Positions 7,053-15,935 of a stretch of 64,000 nucleotides of DNA are shown here, one piece after another; position 1 is the stretch's first letter, and each line of letters begins with the position of its first letter. The notes under the pieces are model-generated. The model ran no database searches. It saw nothing but the letters and a program-made list of their open reading frames with translations, and was not told the DNA's origin. The position numbers were made by a program, and so were the translations under genes. Origin of the DNA: an uncultured Pseudomonadota bacterium (lineage in GTDB: Bacteria; Babelota; Babeliae; Babelales; RVW-14); NCBI GenBank assembly GCA_964527595.1, contig CAZGPI010000005.1, positions 1,116 to 65,115 on the forward strand, read 5' to 3'.

Positions 7053-9494
7053 ATGCTCGGAGCGCAAATGGCAAAAAAGCTTAAAATCGGTGTATTTATG
7101 GGTGGCAAGTCAATTGAACGGGAAGTATCCTTCAATTCTGGTCGAACCATTTGTGATCACCTGGACACCGACAAATACGAAATTCAACCAATCTTTCAAA
7201 CAGAAGATGGAGCATTATATCTATTGCCATGGCAATTTCTTCATCGCGGTAAAATAGCAGACTTCAGGCACCGACTTGAAAATGAAGCAACAAAAATTGT
7301 TTGGGACGACCTTAAAACACTCGTTGATTTTGTCTATATAGCTGTTCATGGCCGGTATGCAGAAGATGGCACCCTACAAGGCATGCTTGATGTTTTGGGC
7401 ATCCCCTATTTGGGAACCAAGGTTTTTGGCAGTGCTATTGGCATGGATAAGGTCATGCAAAAAGAATTATTCAAAGCTAATGGCATCGGTGCCGCAAAAG
7501 GAATTGCCATCCGTTACCACGAACTCGCATCACTTACCCAAGAAGAAATTGTTACGCGATTAGCCCAAGAAGGGGTTAATGTTCCCGTTATTGTCAAACC
7601 ATCGCACGAAGGCTCAAGCCTTGGCATTTCATGCGCACATACCAATGATGAACTATTGCCCGCAATTACCAAAGCGGCCCATGCTGACAATCGTAAAGTT
7701 CAGGACGTTATTGTTGAAGAAAAAATTGATGGCATGGAATTTGTCTGTGTCCTTTTACAAAAAGTTTCAAACATCAATGGGAAGATCACCAAAGAATGGA
7801 TGACGCTTCCGCTTACCCAAGTTATCCCAGAAAAAAACTTCGATATTTTTGATTATGAACAAAAATATATGCCAGGCCGCGCCACAAAAATTACCCCCGC
7901 TCCATGCAGCCCAGAAAACACTCAACAAATAATCGATAGCTGCATAAAAGCTTCAGACCTTCTTGATTTTTCGACCATTTCACGCATCGACGGTTTTCTG
8001 GCAAAAGATGGCCGCATATTGCTTACCGATCCAAATACCCTAACCGGTATGTCACCAGCAACCTTCCTCTTTCACCAAGCCGCTGAAGTCGGCATGAGCC
8101 ACACAAAACTTATCAATTTTTTGATTGAAAATGAGTTAGTACATTACGGGCTTGCGTCAATGGCATCACACCAAACCAAAGAAGAGGAAAGTGTTATGAC
8201 CAACGGCAATAAAAAAACACGGATAGTGGTACTTCTTGGTGGAAGCTCAAACGAACGAGAAATCTCGCTCGACTCAGGCCGTAATATTTGCTACAAACTT
8301 TCGCCTCAAAAATACGATATTATGCCTATTTTTGTTAATGATAATATGGAGCTTTATAAGCTCTCGCAAAAGCTACTCATCAAAAATTCAACGCGCGAAA
8401 TTGCAGCAATGGTCACCAACGATATGCAAATTAACTGGCAAGACCTACCAACCATTTGCGACTTTGTCTTCCTTGGTCTTCACGGCGGCAAGGGCGAAAA
8501 TGGCTCAGTACAAGGCACCATCGAAATGCTCGGACTCCCTTATAATGGTTCCGGTGTTTTGGCTAGCGCACTCTGCATGGACAAATTTAGATCCAACAAT
8601 TTCCTTAGGTCACAAGGATTTGAAGTTCCTCAATCGATTTTGCTGAGTCATGATGAATGGCTTGCCATGACCGAACAGGAAAAAGAAACTTTTTGTTCTA
8701 TTGAAAAAAAACTATCATACCCGATTATCCTAAAACCACATGATGATGGTTGCAGCGTTATGGTCCAAAAAGCACAATCACCAGAAGATATGCGCTCAAA
8801 AATCGACCTCTATTTCACCTCGAATAAACAATTTGTCCTCATCGAAGAACTCATTCAGGGAACCGAATTGACCTGCGGCGTTATGGGAAATGATACCATT
8901 ACCGCTCTACCCCCATCACAAGTTGTCGCCAGTAAGGGAATCCTTTCAATAGCAGAAAAATTTCTTCCCGGCGAAGGCGAAAATCAAACACCAGCACATT
9001 TGCCTGCACGGGTTATAGAATTGGTTCAAGACGTTATGAAGAATGTGTTTATTACTATTGGCTGCAAAGGATATGCCCGCATTGACTGTTTTTACCAAAC
9101 GGCCGAGCAATCACCAACCGGCAATGAACGTGTTATAATCCTGGAGATTAACTCACTTCCAGGCCTAACCCCAGCAACGTGCATATTTCACCAAGCGGCA
9201 GAAATCGGGCTCAAACCAATGGATTTTATAGATAAAATAATTGAAAATGGGTTTGAATTGCACAAAAACAAGCCTACTGAAGATATTATCACACCAGTCG
9301 ATCAACCAAAAGATTACCAACCGGCCATTGATCAAATAATGATAAATCAAGAAGCTCGAACACAAAAAGCCCCAAAACGGCAAAAATCATCAAGAGATGG
9401 TTTGAACAATACATTGCAAGAAAAAAGCGATGAACCGCTCGGTGATGACCCGGCGATCGAAGAAGCTCGCAGATTTACTTTAAAAATATTCTAA
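7053..9494 (+). CDS. ddl: tandem D-alanine--D-alanine ligase fusion (two complete Ddl/ATP-grasp modules plus a disordered tail)
   Basis: Module 1: KIGVFMGGKSIEREVSFNSG..HGRYAEDGTLQGMLDVLGIPYLG..VKPSHEGSSLG..RIDGF..DPNTLTGMS. Module 2: RIVVLLGGSSNEREISLDSG..HGGKGENGSVQGTIEMLGLPYNG..LKPHDDGCSV..RIDCF..EINSLPGLT. Confidence 0.8.
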   Translation: MLGAQMAKKLKIGVFMGGKSIEREVSFNSGRTICDHLDTDKYEIQPIFQTEDGALYLLPWQFLHRGKIADFRHRLENEATKIVWDDLKTLVDFVYIAVHGRYAEDGTLQGMLDVLGIPYLGTKVFGSAIGMDKVMQKELFKANGIGAAKGIAIRYHELASLTQEEIVTRLAQEGVNVPVIVKPSHEGSSLGISCAHTNDELLPAITKAAHADNRKVQDVIVEEKIDGMEFVCVLLQKVSNINGKITKEWMTLPLTQVIPEKNFDIFDYEQKYMPGRATKITPAPCSPENTQQIIDSCIKASDLLDFSTISRIDGFLAKDGRILLTDPNTLTGMSPATFLFHQAAEVGMSHTKLINFLIENELVHYGLASMASHQTKEEESVMTNGNKKTRIVVLLGGSSNEREISLDSGRNICYKLSPQKYDIMPIFVNDNMELYKLSQKLLIKNSTREIAAMVTNDMQINWQDLPTICDFVFLGLHGGKGENGSVQGTIEMLGLPYNGSGVLASALCMDKFRSNNFLRSQGFEVPQSILLSHDEWLAMTEQEKETFCSIEKKLSYPIILKPHDDGCSVMVQKAQSPEDMRSKIDLYFTSNKQFVLIEELIQGTELTCGVMGNDTITALPPSQVVASKGILSIAEKFLPGEGENQTPAHLPARVIELVQDVMKNVFITIGCKGYARIDCFYQTAEQSPTGNERVIILEINSLPGLTPATCIFHQAAEIGLKPMDFIDKIIENGFELHKNKPTEDIITPVDQPKDYQPAIDQIMINQEARTQKAPKRQKSSRDGLNNTLQEKSDEPLGDDPAIEEARRFTLKIF

Positions 9495-9497
9495 GAA

Positions 9498-9523
9498 AGA
9501 AGGCTCCGAAATCGGGGCCTTCT
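9498..9523. terminator. bidirectional hairpin between ddl and priA
   Basis: AGAAGGCTCCGA pairs with TCGGGGCCTTCT, with one mismatch. Confidence 0.55.
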
Positions 9524-11521
9524 TTAATGCATCACTACAAAAAGACTACTTACGTAATACTGCTGCGTAACCATTGATAGTACATTATGCAAATCTTTAA
9601 AATTTTGAGCCTTTAGATAAATATGCCGCATTTCAACATTTTGTACACGAGCAATGAGCGGTTGTGCCGGGCCCAAGATTTGAACCTCAAGCCGTTGTTC
9701 GTCACAAATTTTTAACAAAAATTGAGCACAAGCATCGGCGTCTAAATCAACTTGAGCGGCATCGGCATTGCGAAGCTCAAGATGTACCAATCGGCACATT
9801 GGCGGATAAAGAATTTCTTTGCGCGACAAAAACTCACGCTCGCAAAAATCGATATATGATTCTTCATTAAGGTAATTAAAAATCGAGTGATCACGCAACG
9901 TTTGTACGATAACCTTACTCTCCATATGCTGGCGCCCGGCGCGTCCGGCAACCTGAATAAGCTGTTGTAAAGCAACCTCGCTGGCATTAAACAATGGGAA
10001 ATGCAAGTTAACGTCGGCCCATAATACCCCGACAAGCGTTACCCCGGGAAAGTGATAGCCCTTGGTAATCGTTTGGGTGCCGATCAACATATCAATCTCA
10101 CCCTTTTCAAACTGTTCAACCGTTTGCCGCCAAGCGCGTTTTTTGCTCGTTGTATCTAAATCTGCTCGTTCAATTTTTGCCTGAGGAAATATCTCTTTAA
10201 ATAATTGAACCGCTTGCTGCGTCCCTAAACCCTTTTTTAGAAACTGTTTTTGGTCAGCGCGACAATCGGGACAAGAATCAGGTAATTCTTTGCGAAAATC
10301 ACAATAATGGCAACGTAACGATTGATTTGCACCATTAACATGCAACGTTAAACTCACCGAACAATGGGGGCATTCAAAGACAAGCCCACAATTTTTGCAT
10401 TGAACAAAAAAGCTATAACCGCGGCGATTAAGGTAAATAATTATCTGCTGCTTTCGCGCAAGACATTCATTCACCGCTTGCTCAAGTTCAACCGATAACC
10501 AAAAGTTCTTTCTACGTTTTCCTTGCCGTTCACTGAGCAAAACCTTTTGTATCACCGGAAATGCACCAGCAAAACGCTTCTTTATCTGGAAAAACTTCCA
10601 TCCCTTTTGCTGGACATTATGCAACGATGCAAGTGCCGGGGTGGCCGATCCAAGCACAATTGGGATCCCATAAATATGCGCCCGCCATAAAGCAACTTCT
10701 TTGCTATTAATCTTTGGATGTTTTTTTTCAATAAATCCTTGTTCGTGTTCTTCATCAATAACAATCAGCCCAAGATTGGCTATTGGCAGCATTATTGGCA
10801 AATGAACCCCAAGAATTAAAACCGGACGCTTGGCAATTAATGCTGACCATAAAGCACGCTTTTCGGTTAACATCGATGCCGAATGAAACCCAAAAACTTC
10901 AACTTCTGGTAATTGCTTTTTAAATAATTGTTCAAATTGCAGACTTAGTGAAACTTCCGGAAGCAAGACAATAACCGTTTTATGTTCGCACATACATTCG
11001 ATTATTAATTTTTTATAAACCTCTGTTTTGCCTGACCCGGTTACACCATGAATCAAGGTTGGAGCATATGCCGGTTGCTTAATAAATGGCTGAACGTAAT
11101 CAACAACCGCTTGTTGCTCATCAGTCAAAATTACCTTAATAACAGCCGCTCGCTCAGATTCCTTTTGCCGAAATGCCGCAATAACGTCCTCACACTTTTT
11201 ATCATTCAAAAAGGAGCTGACCCGCGCATAAAAATGCAAAGATGGTACCATATGAAATTGCGCTATTTTTTCAATAAATTGATGGTATTTAGCATCCAAA
11301 GGCAATGGTTCAAGGCTAGCAATCGGTTTAATTGCAAAATGGCACGACGATGGCAATTCCAGCATTACGTCTACCACCATGGCCGATTCAAAACGAGTAC
11401 GTAAAGGTACTCGTACTAAGCAACCAGCAGAAATTGCCCCCTGTAAATTGTCTGGGACGCTATACCAAAATATCTTTTCGAATCGATTAAGTAGTAGAAT
11501 AGAAACATACATGACACCCAT
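9524..11521 (-). CDS. priA: primosomal protein N' (replication restart helicase)
   Basis: Walker A GVTGSGKTEVY, DEEH box, and a zinc-binding Cys cluster (CKNCG..CPHCS..CHYC..CPDC). The start overlaps the upstream stop as TAATG. Confidence 0.9.
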   Translation of the reverse strand: MGVMYVSILLLNRFEKIFWYSVPDNLQGAISAGCLVRVPLRTRFESAMVVDVMLELPSSCHFAIKPIASLEPLPLDAKYHQFIEKIAQFHMVPSLHFYARVSSFLNDKKCEDVIAAFRQKESERAAVIKVILTDEQQAVVDYVQPFIKQPAYAPTLIHGVTGSGKTEVYKKLIIECMCEHKTVIVLLPEVSLSLQFEQLFKKQLPEVEVFGFHSASMLTEKRALWSALIAKRPVLILGVHLPIMLPIANLGLIVIDEEHEQGFIEKKHPKINSKEVALWRAHIYGIPIVLGSATPALASLHNVQQKGWKFFQIKKRFAGAFPVIQKVLLSERQGKRRKNFWLSVELEQAVNECLARKQQIIIYLNRRGYSFFVQCKNCGLVFECPHCSVSLTLHVNGANQSLRCHYCDFRKELPDSCPDCRADQKQFLKKGLGTQQAVQLFKEIFPQAKIERADLDTTSKKRAWRQTVEQFEKGEIDMLIGTQTITKGYHFPGVTLVGVLWADVNLHFPLFNASEVALQQLIQVAGRAGRQHMESKVIVQTLRDHSIFNYLNEESYIDFCEREFLSRKEILYPPMCRLVHLELRNADAAQVDLDADACAQFLLKICDEQRLEVQILGPAQPLIARVQNVEMRHIYLKAQNFKDLHNVLSMVTQQYYVSSLFVVMH

Positions 11522-12126
11522 TACAAAGCGCTTGTAGAATCTTGAACATTTTCGGGAGCATGGATATGCACTTGAATTTTACTGAACGGCAAAGGAATTT
11601 GAAATTTATCCCAGCTTTTTGAAATTGTTATATGCCATGACGACGAACATTCAACGTAAATCACCGGCACCTGAGCTTTTGCAGCCAAATAACGCACGCC
11701 TTTTTGTAATTCAAAAGCGGGACCTCTCGAGCCATCACCAACAACGCATAATTGTCGGCGTTCTTTGAGTGCTAGTAAAGAGTTGCGCAGTAATGAAACA
11801 GCTGATTTATTGGAAGAGCCATAAAGCACTGTGAAGCCTAACTTTTGGCATATATGGCCAGCAAATTTGCCATCATTACTTGGACTAACTATACAATAGC
11901 CGGTTGCTTTTGCTTTAAAGAACATGGTCATTCCTGGAATAATTTGTTGGTGCCAAAAATAAAACACACCATCATTAGCCATAAGTGGTTGCTTAATGCC
12001 AGGGCCATAAATAATACGTAAACGATATGTTGAAATCAACAATCGAACAATACCATACGTAAGGTTTTTTAGTAAAAAGCTAAAAAACCTACTTGTTTTA
12101 ATCTTTTTAATGATAGTCTTTAACAT
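11521..12126 (-). CDS. DUF374 / lysophospholipid-acyltransferase-like protein
   Basis: FWHQQ...VSPSNDGKFAGHICQKLGF..LYGSS......VVGDGSRGPAFE.QKGV..LA is the DUF374 pattern. Confidence 0.6.
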   Translation of the reverse strand: MLKTIIKKIKTSRFFSFLLKNLTYGIVRLLISTYRLRIIYGPGIKQPLMANDGVFYFWHQQIIPGMTMFFKAKATGYCIVSPSNDGKFAGHICQKLGFTVLYGSSNKSAVSLLRNSLLALKERRQLCVVGDGSRGPAFELQKGVRYLAAKAQVPVIYVECSSSWHITISKSWDKFQIPLPFSKIQVHIHAPENVQDSTSAL

Positions 12127-12232
12127 CTGCTTTTCAACCTCTCAACATGACCCAACAAACTGGCAGTTAGCTTATCGTGAATTACGATTTTTTACAATTT
12201 AGTTATGTTTAAGACAAATAAAGGTAAAATTC

Positions 12233-14869
12233 ATGGCCCAAACCAATCAATTTAGACCAGAAAAAAAGGTTCTGAGCAATGGCTTAACGGTCCTGGTAAG
12301 GCCGTGTCTAACCATTCCGCGAGTTGAGGTCCATATCCTCTATAACGTCGGCTCAAAAGATGAAGAATCGGGGCAAAAGGGGATCGCACACTTTATTGAA
12401 CACATGTTATTTAAGGGAACCGAAAAGCTATCAGAAACTGACATTAATTTAATAAGTCATAAGCTTACCGGTGCGGCTAACGCATTTACGTCACAAGATT
12501 ACACCGGCTATACCTTCAGACTTCCAACCAATCATTGGGAAGTTGCTTTAACCGTATTTGCCGAATGTATGCAACATGCTCGATTTGATGAACAAATGAT
12601 CGCCTCTGAGATCAAAACAGTTATCGAAGAATTACGTATGTATCGTGATGATTACCCAAATCATCTTATCGAATCTATGATTGCCAGCATGTGGCCAGAA
12701 CACCCTTATCATAGTCCAGTCATTGGTTCACACTACGACCTTTGCACCATAACACGAGAAAATATCCTCGATTTTTACCATAAGCATTACCATCCGGGCA
12801 ACGCAACGCTCGTTATCGTCGGTGACATTGTCCCCGCTGAGGCATTTGAAGCGGCCGAAAAACATTTTGCAAGCATCCAAGCCAAACAAAACTATGTCAA
12901 AAAGCAAAATTGGTTTTATGATGATATCGCCAACCAAAGTACAACAATTTATCGTCATGTCACCATTCCTTGGTGCTGTTACACCTATGCTATTCCAGGG
13001 GCAAAGGACGGAAACCACGCGCTCTACGATATCGCCTCGCTCATCCTAGGAAACGGTAAAAGCTCACGTTTATATCGACGCTTGGTTGATAAAGAAGAAT
13101 TAGCAATCGACCTTGATAGCTCTATTTTGAGTTTTTTTGAAAAAGGCCTTTTTTGTATTTCCATCTATCCGAGCAACATTCACAACATACCAACCATTGA
13201 AAAAATTATTGAAGAAGAAATCGAAAGACTTTATTCAAAACCAATCGATGCTTGGGAATTGCAAGGAGCTACAAAAAAAGCTCAATTTGATTACTCAACC
13301 CTCCTTGAGAGTACCGAAAAACAAGCAACGCTTATAGGAACTTCATACCTAGCAACACGAAACGAAAATTTTTTACAAGATTACTTTGACGGCATTAATG
13401 CGCTGACCGATACTGACCTTCAAAATTTTTATAAATCATATCTCAACCCACGCGTTCTTCGTAAGGGATATTTACTTCCCCTCAACAATGAAGATGCCGA
13501 GAAATATGCCACCATCCAACAGCAAACGGAACAGTTAGAAAACGATATCCTTAAAAAGTATCATCGCACATCACCGGTCGAACCAAGTAAATTTGTAGAC
13601 ACGATAACCTACACAAAACAACAATCAATTTCTTACCCAAAACCGGAACAGTTTCGTCTAGCCAATGGTCTTGAGGTAATCTATTACAATAATCCAAGCG
13701 TTCCTAACGTTGCGGCAGTTCTCAAATTCAAGGCAAATTCACTCTACGATGCACCAAAACTCGATGGCTGCTTTCTTTTTTTACTACGTCTTCTTACCGA
13801 TAGCACAAAAAAATATTCGTCTGAAGAATTAAATAAGCTGCTCGAAACTAACGGAATATTTATTGGTCCTCAAGGTAGCTATATATCCAGTCTTTGCTTG
13901 GCTCAAGATCTTGATATAACATTCGATATTTTTACCCACATACTCACTAATCCATCTTTTCAAGAACAGAATATTGAAAAAATTCGAACACAAACGCTCA
14001 ATGAGTTAATCGACTTTTGGGACACCCCGATCGATTTCATCGACCAAATAACCAGAGATCTTATTTACCAACAACACCCATACAGCCGCCCCGATGAAGG
14101 TTGCCCGGAAAGTATTAAAGCCATTACGCAAAACGACCTCCAAAGTTGTTATAAAAAATATATAACACCTGAATACGCAACCTTGGTTGTTGTTGGAGAT
14201 CTTACCGGACATGATATAAAAAAAACCATAACAAAATATTTTGGTTCATGGACAGGCCCACAAGTTCCAACATTTGAGTTTCCGCAATTTATTGAACCAA
14301 AACAACAAGTCATTCATATCCAATCACCACGAGAACAAGTTGCACTTGCTTTTGCAGCACCTTCAATTTCCCGAGCAGACCCAACGTTTCACTATCTTGC
14401 TCTACTCGATATCGTCTTTTCTGGAGGAGCTCAAGGGTCAACAAATTCTCGACTTTTTGAGTTGCGCGAAAAGTCAGGACTTTTCTATGCAATCGGCAGT
14501 TCACTGATCAGTGGATCATTGGAAGCCCCTGGTTTGATGTATATTAAGACACTCGTTTCTTTTGATAAAGTTACTTTGGCAAAAAAATTAATTCTTGACG
14601 CCTTAGATTACTTAGGAAAAAATGGAATTACACAAGAAGAATTCTCAATGGCAAAAGATCTCGCAATAGCGTCTTCTGTAGAGCTTTTTGAAAACAATAT
14701 GAATATCGCACAAACCTTTCTATTTCTAAAAAGATTTAATTTAAATTTTAATTTATTTGACAAACAGACCGAATTGTTGTCTATACTAAAGATGGATGAG
14801 CTGAATAAGATTGCTAAAAGATATTGCACCCGCGATCGTTTCTCTATCATAACGATAGGTAGAAAATAA
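12233..14869 (+). CDS. M16 (pitrilysin/insulinase) family zinc peptidase, double-length
   Basis: Inverted zinc motif HFIEHMLFKGT near the N-terminus. At 878 aa it contains two M16 active/inactive domain pairs. Confidence 0.8.
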   Translation: MAQTNQFRPEKKVLSNGLTVLVRPCLTIPRVEVHILYNVGSKDEESGQKGIAHFIEHMLFKGTEKLSETDINLISHKLTGAANAFTSQDYTGYTFRLPTNHWEVALTVFAECMQHARFDEQMIASEIKTVIEELRMYRDDYPNHLIESMIASMWPEHPYHSPVIGSHYDLCTITRENILDFYHKHYHPGNATLVIVGDIVPAEAFEAAEKHFASIQAKQNYVKKQNWFYDDIANQSTTIYRHVTIPWCCYTYAIPGAKDGNHALYDIASLILGNGKSSRLYRRLVDKEELAIDLDSSILSFFEKGLFCISIYPSNIHNIPTIEKIIEEEIERLYSKPIDAWELQGATKKAQFDYSTLLESTEKQATLIGTSYLATRNENFLQDYFDGINALTDTDLQNFYKSYLNPRVLRKGYLLPLNNEDAEKYATIQQQTEQLENDILKKYHRTSPVEPSKFVDTITYTKQQSISYPKPEQFRLANGLEVIYYNNPSVPNVAAVLKFKANSLYDAPKLDGCFLFLLRLLTDSTKKYSSEELNKLLETNGIFIGPQGSYISSLCLAQDLDITFDIFTHILTNPSFQEQNIEKIRTQTLNELIDFWDTPIDFIDQITRDLIYQQHPYSRPDEGCPESIKAITQNDLQSCYKKYITPEYATLVVVGDLTGHDIKKTITKYFGSWTGPQVPTFEFPQFIEPKQQVIHIQSPREQVALAFAAPSISRADPTFHYLALLDIVFSGGAQGSTNSRLFELREKSGLFYAIGSSLISGSLEAPGLMYIKTLVSFDKVTLAKKLILDALDYLGKNGITQEEFSMAKDLAIASSVELFENNMNIAQTFLFLKRFNLNFNLFDKQTELLSILKMDELNKIAKRYCTRDRFSIITIGRK

Positions 14870-14935
14870 GGATGCGAGGTTATTTTAAATAAGCGTACGG
14901 TATCTCAAAAAAGGGGTTTTTTCAAAGGAGAGATC

Positions 14936-15199
14936 ATGGCAGTTAAGAAAAAGGTTGTTAAAAAAACAGCCAAAAAGGTAGTAGCTAAAAAGGCTGCTCC
15001 TAAGAAGAAGGTTGTAAAGAAGGCTGTTAAAAAAGCCGCACCTAAAAGAAAGGTCGTAAAGAAGGTTGCTAAAAAAGCAGCCCCAAAGAAAAAGGTCGTT
15101 GCAAAAAAAGCAGCTCCTAAAGCAGCACCTAAAAAAGCGGTAGTTTCCAAGAAAAAAATGGGAACAGCAAAAAAACCGCCTATGATTTCCATCATATAA
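14936..15199 (+). CDS. histone H1-like lysine/alanine/proline-rich DNA-binding protein
   Basis: AAAGGAGAG Shine-Dalgarno. The 87-aa protein is built of KK(V/A)(V/A)KKAAPKKK repeats. A terminator follows. Confidence 0.7.
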   Translation: MAVKKKVVKKTAKKVVAKKAAPKKKVVKKAVKKAAPKRKVVKKVAKKAAPKKKVVAKKAAPKAAPKKAVVSKKKMGTAKKPPMISII

Positions 15200-15216
15200 T
15201 TAAGGCAATCATAAGA

Positions 15217-15242
15217 AGAGGCTCGTGTAAAATCGGGCCTCT
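15217..15242 (+). terminator. rho-independent terminator
   Basis: AGAGGCTCG pairs with CGGGCCTCT (one mismatch) and is followed by TTCTATTTT. Confidence 0.5.
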
Positions 15243-15351
15243 TTCTATTTTATTCATATCATTAAATCGATTATGATTGACAACGACGCCAACCTCGCCT
15301 TAATCTTTATGAAAAGATCTTTATTTGAAACCGATAAACGAAAGGCCGATT

Positions 15352-15864
15352 ATGCAAATGCCAAAGTGGTTGTTAATCATTATTACTCTTGTCGCAGCAG
15401 GTGCTCTCTTTTTTCTTCTCAGAAAAATATACATTGTTTCTGGGCTCGGTAAAAAAGTCGAACATACTCTCGCAATTATTAAACCTGATGCAGTAATCGC
15501 AAAAAATAGCGGAAAAATAATCGATCGCATAGAACAAGAAGGCTTTAATATCTTGAGCATGAAAAAAATGCTCATCACAAAAGAACAGGCCGAAAAATTT
15601 TATGAAATTCACCATGATCGTGCCTTCTTCAAAGAACTTGTTGAATTTATGACCAGCGGACCAACAATTGTTATGGTCATTGAAAAAGAAAATGCCATAA
15701 AAGAATGGCGCGACCTTATGGGTAGCACAGACCCTAAACAAGCAGCCGAAGGAACCATACGGCAATTGTATGGAACAACTATTGGCAAAAATGGTGTTCA
15801 TGGTTCTGATGGTATAGAGACTGCTAAAAACGAAATTTCGTTTTTCTTTCCTGAATTAAAGTAA
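15352..15864 (+). CDS. ndk: nucleoside-diphosphate kinase with an N-terminal hydrophobic anchor or signal
   Basis: TLAIIKPDAV...F..L..FM.SGP.....E..NAI..WR.LMG.T.P......TIR.LYG......NGVHGSDG is the NDK pattern. It is preceded by WLLIIITLVAAGALFFLL. Confidence 0.85.
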   Translation: MQMPKWLLIIITLVAAGALFFLLRKIYIVSGLGKKVEHTLAIIKPDAVIAKNSGKIIDRIEQEGFNILSMKKMLITKEQAEKFYEIHHDRAFFKELVEFMTSGPTIVMVIEKENAIKEWRDLMGSTDPKQAAEGTIRQLYGTTIGKNGVHGSDGIETAKNEISFFFPELK

Positions 15865-15885
15865 ATTTATTTTTAAACAAAAAAA

Positions 15886-15914
15886 GGCATTGCTTACTCA
15901 AAACAAGCAATGCC
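15886..15914. terminator. bidirectional terminator between ndk and clpB
   Basis: GGCATTGCTT pairs with AAGCAATGCC. An A6 run and a T6 run flank the hairpin. Confidence 0.75.
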
Positions 15915-15935
15915 TTTTTTGTTTAAAGTACAAAA

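Noticed and set aside
14905-15195. 96-aa minus-strand ORF (FFLGAAFLATFF...) overlapping the H1-like gene.
   Set aside because: It is the mirror image of AAG/AAA/GCN-rich coding sequence. It has no Shine-Dalgarno, whereas the plus-strand ORF has AAAGGAGAG and its own terminator.
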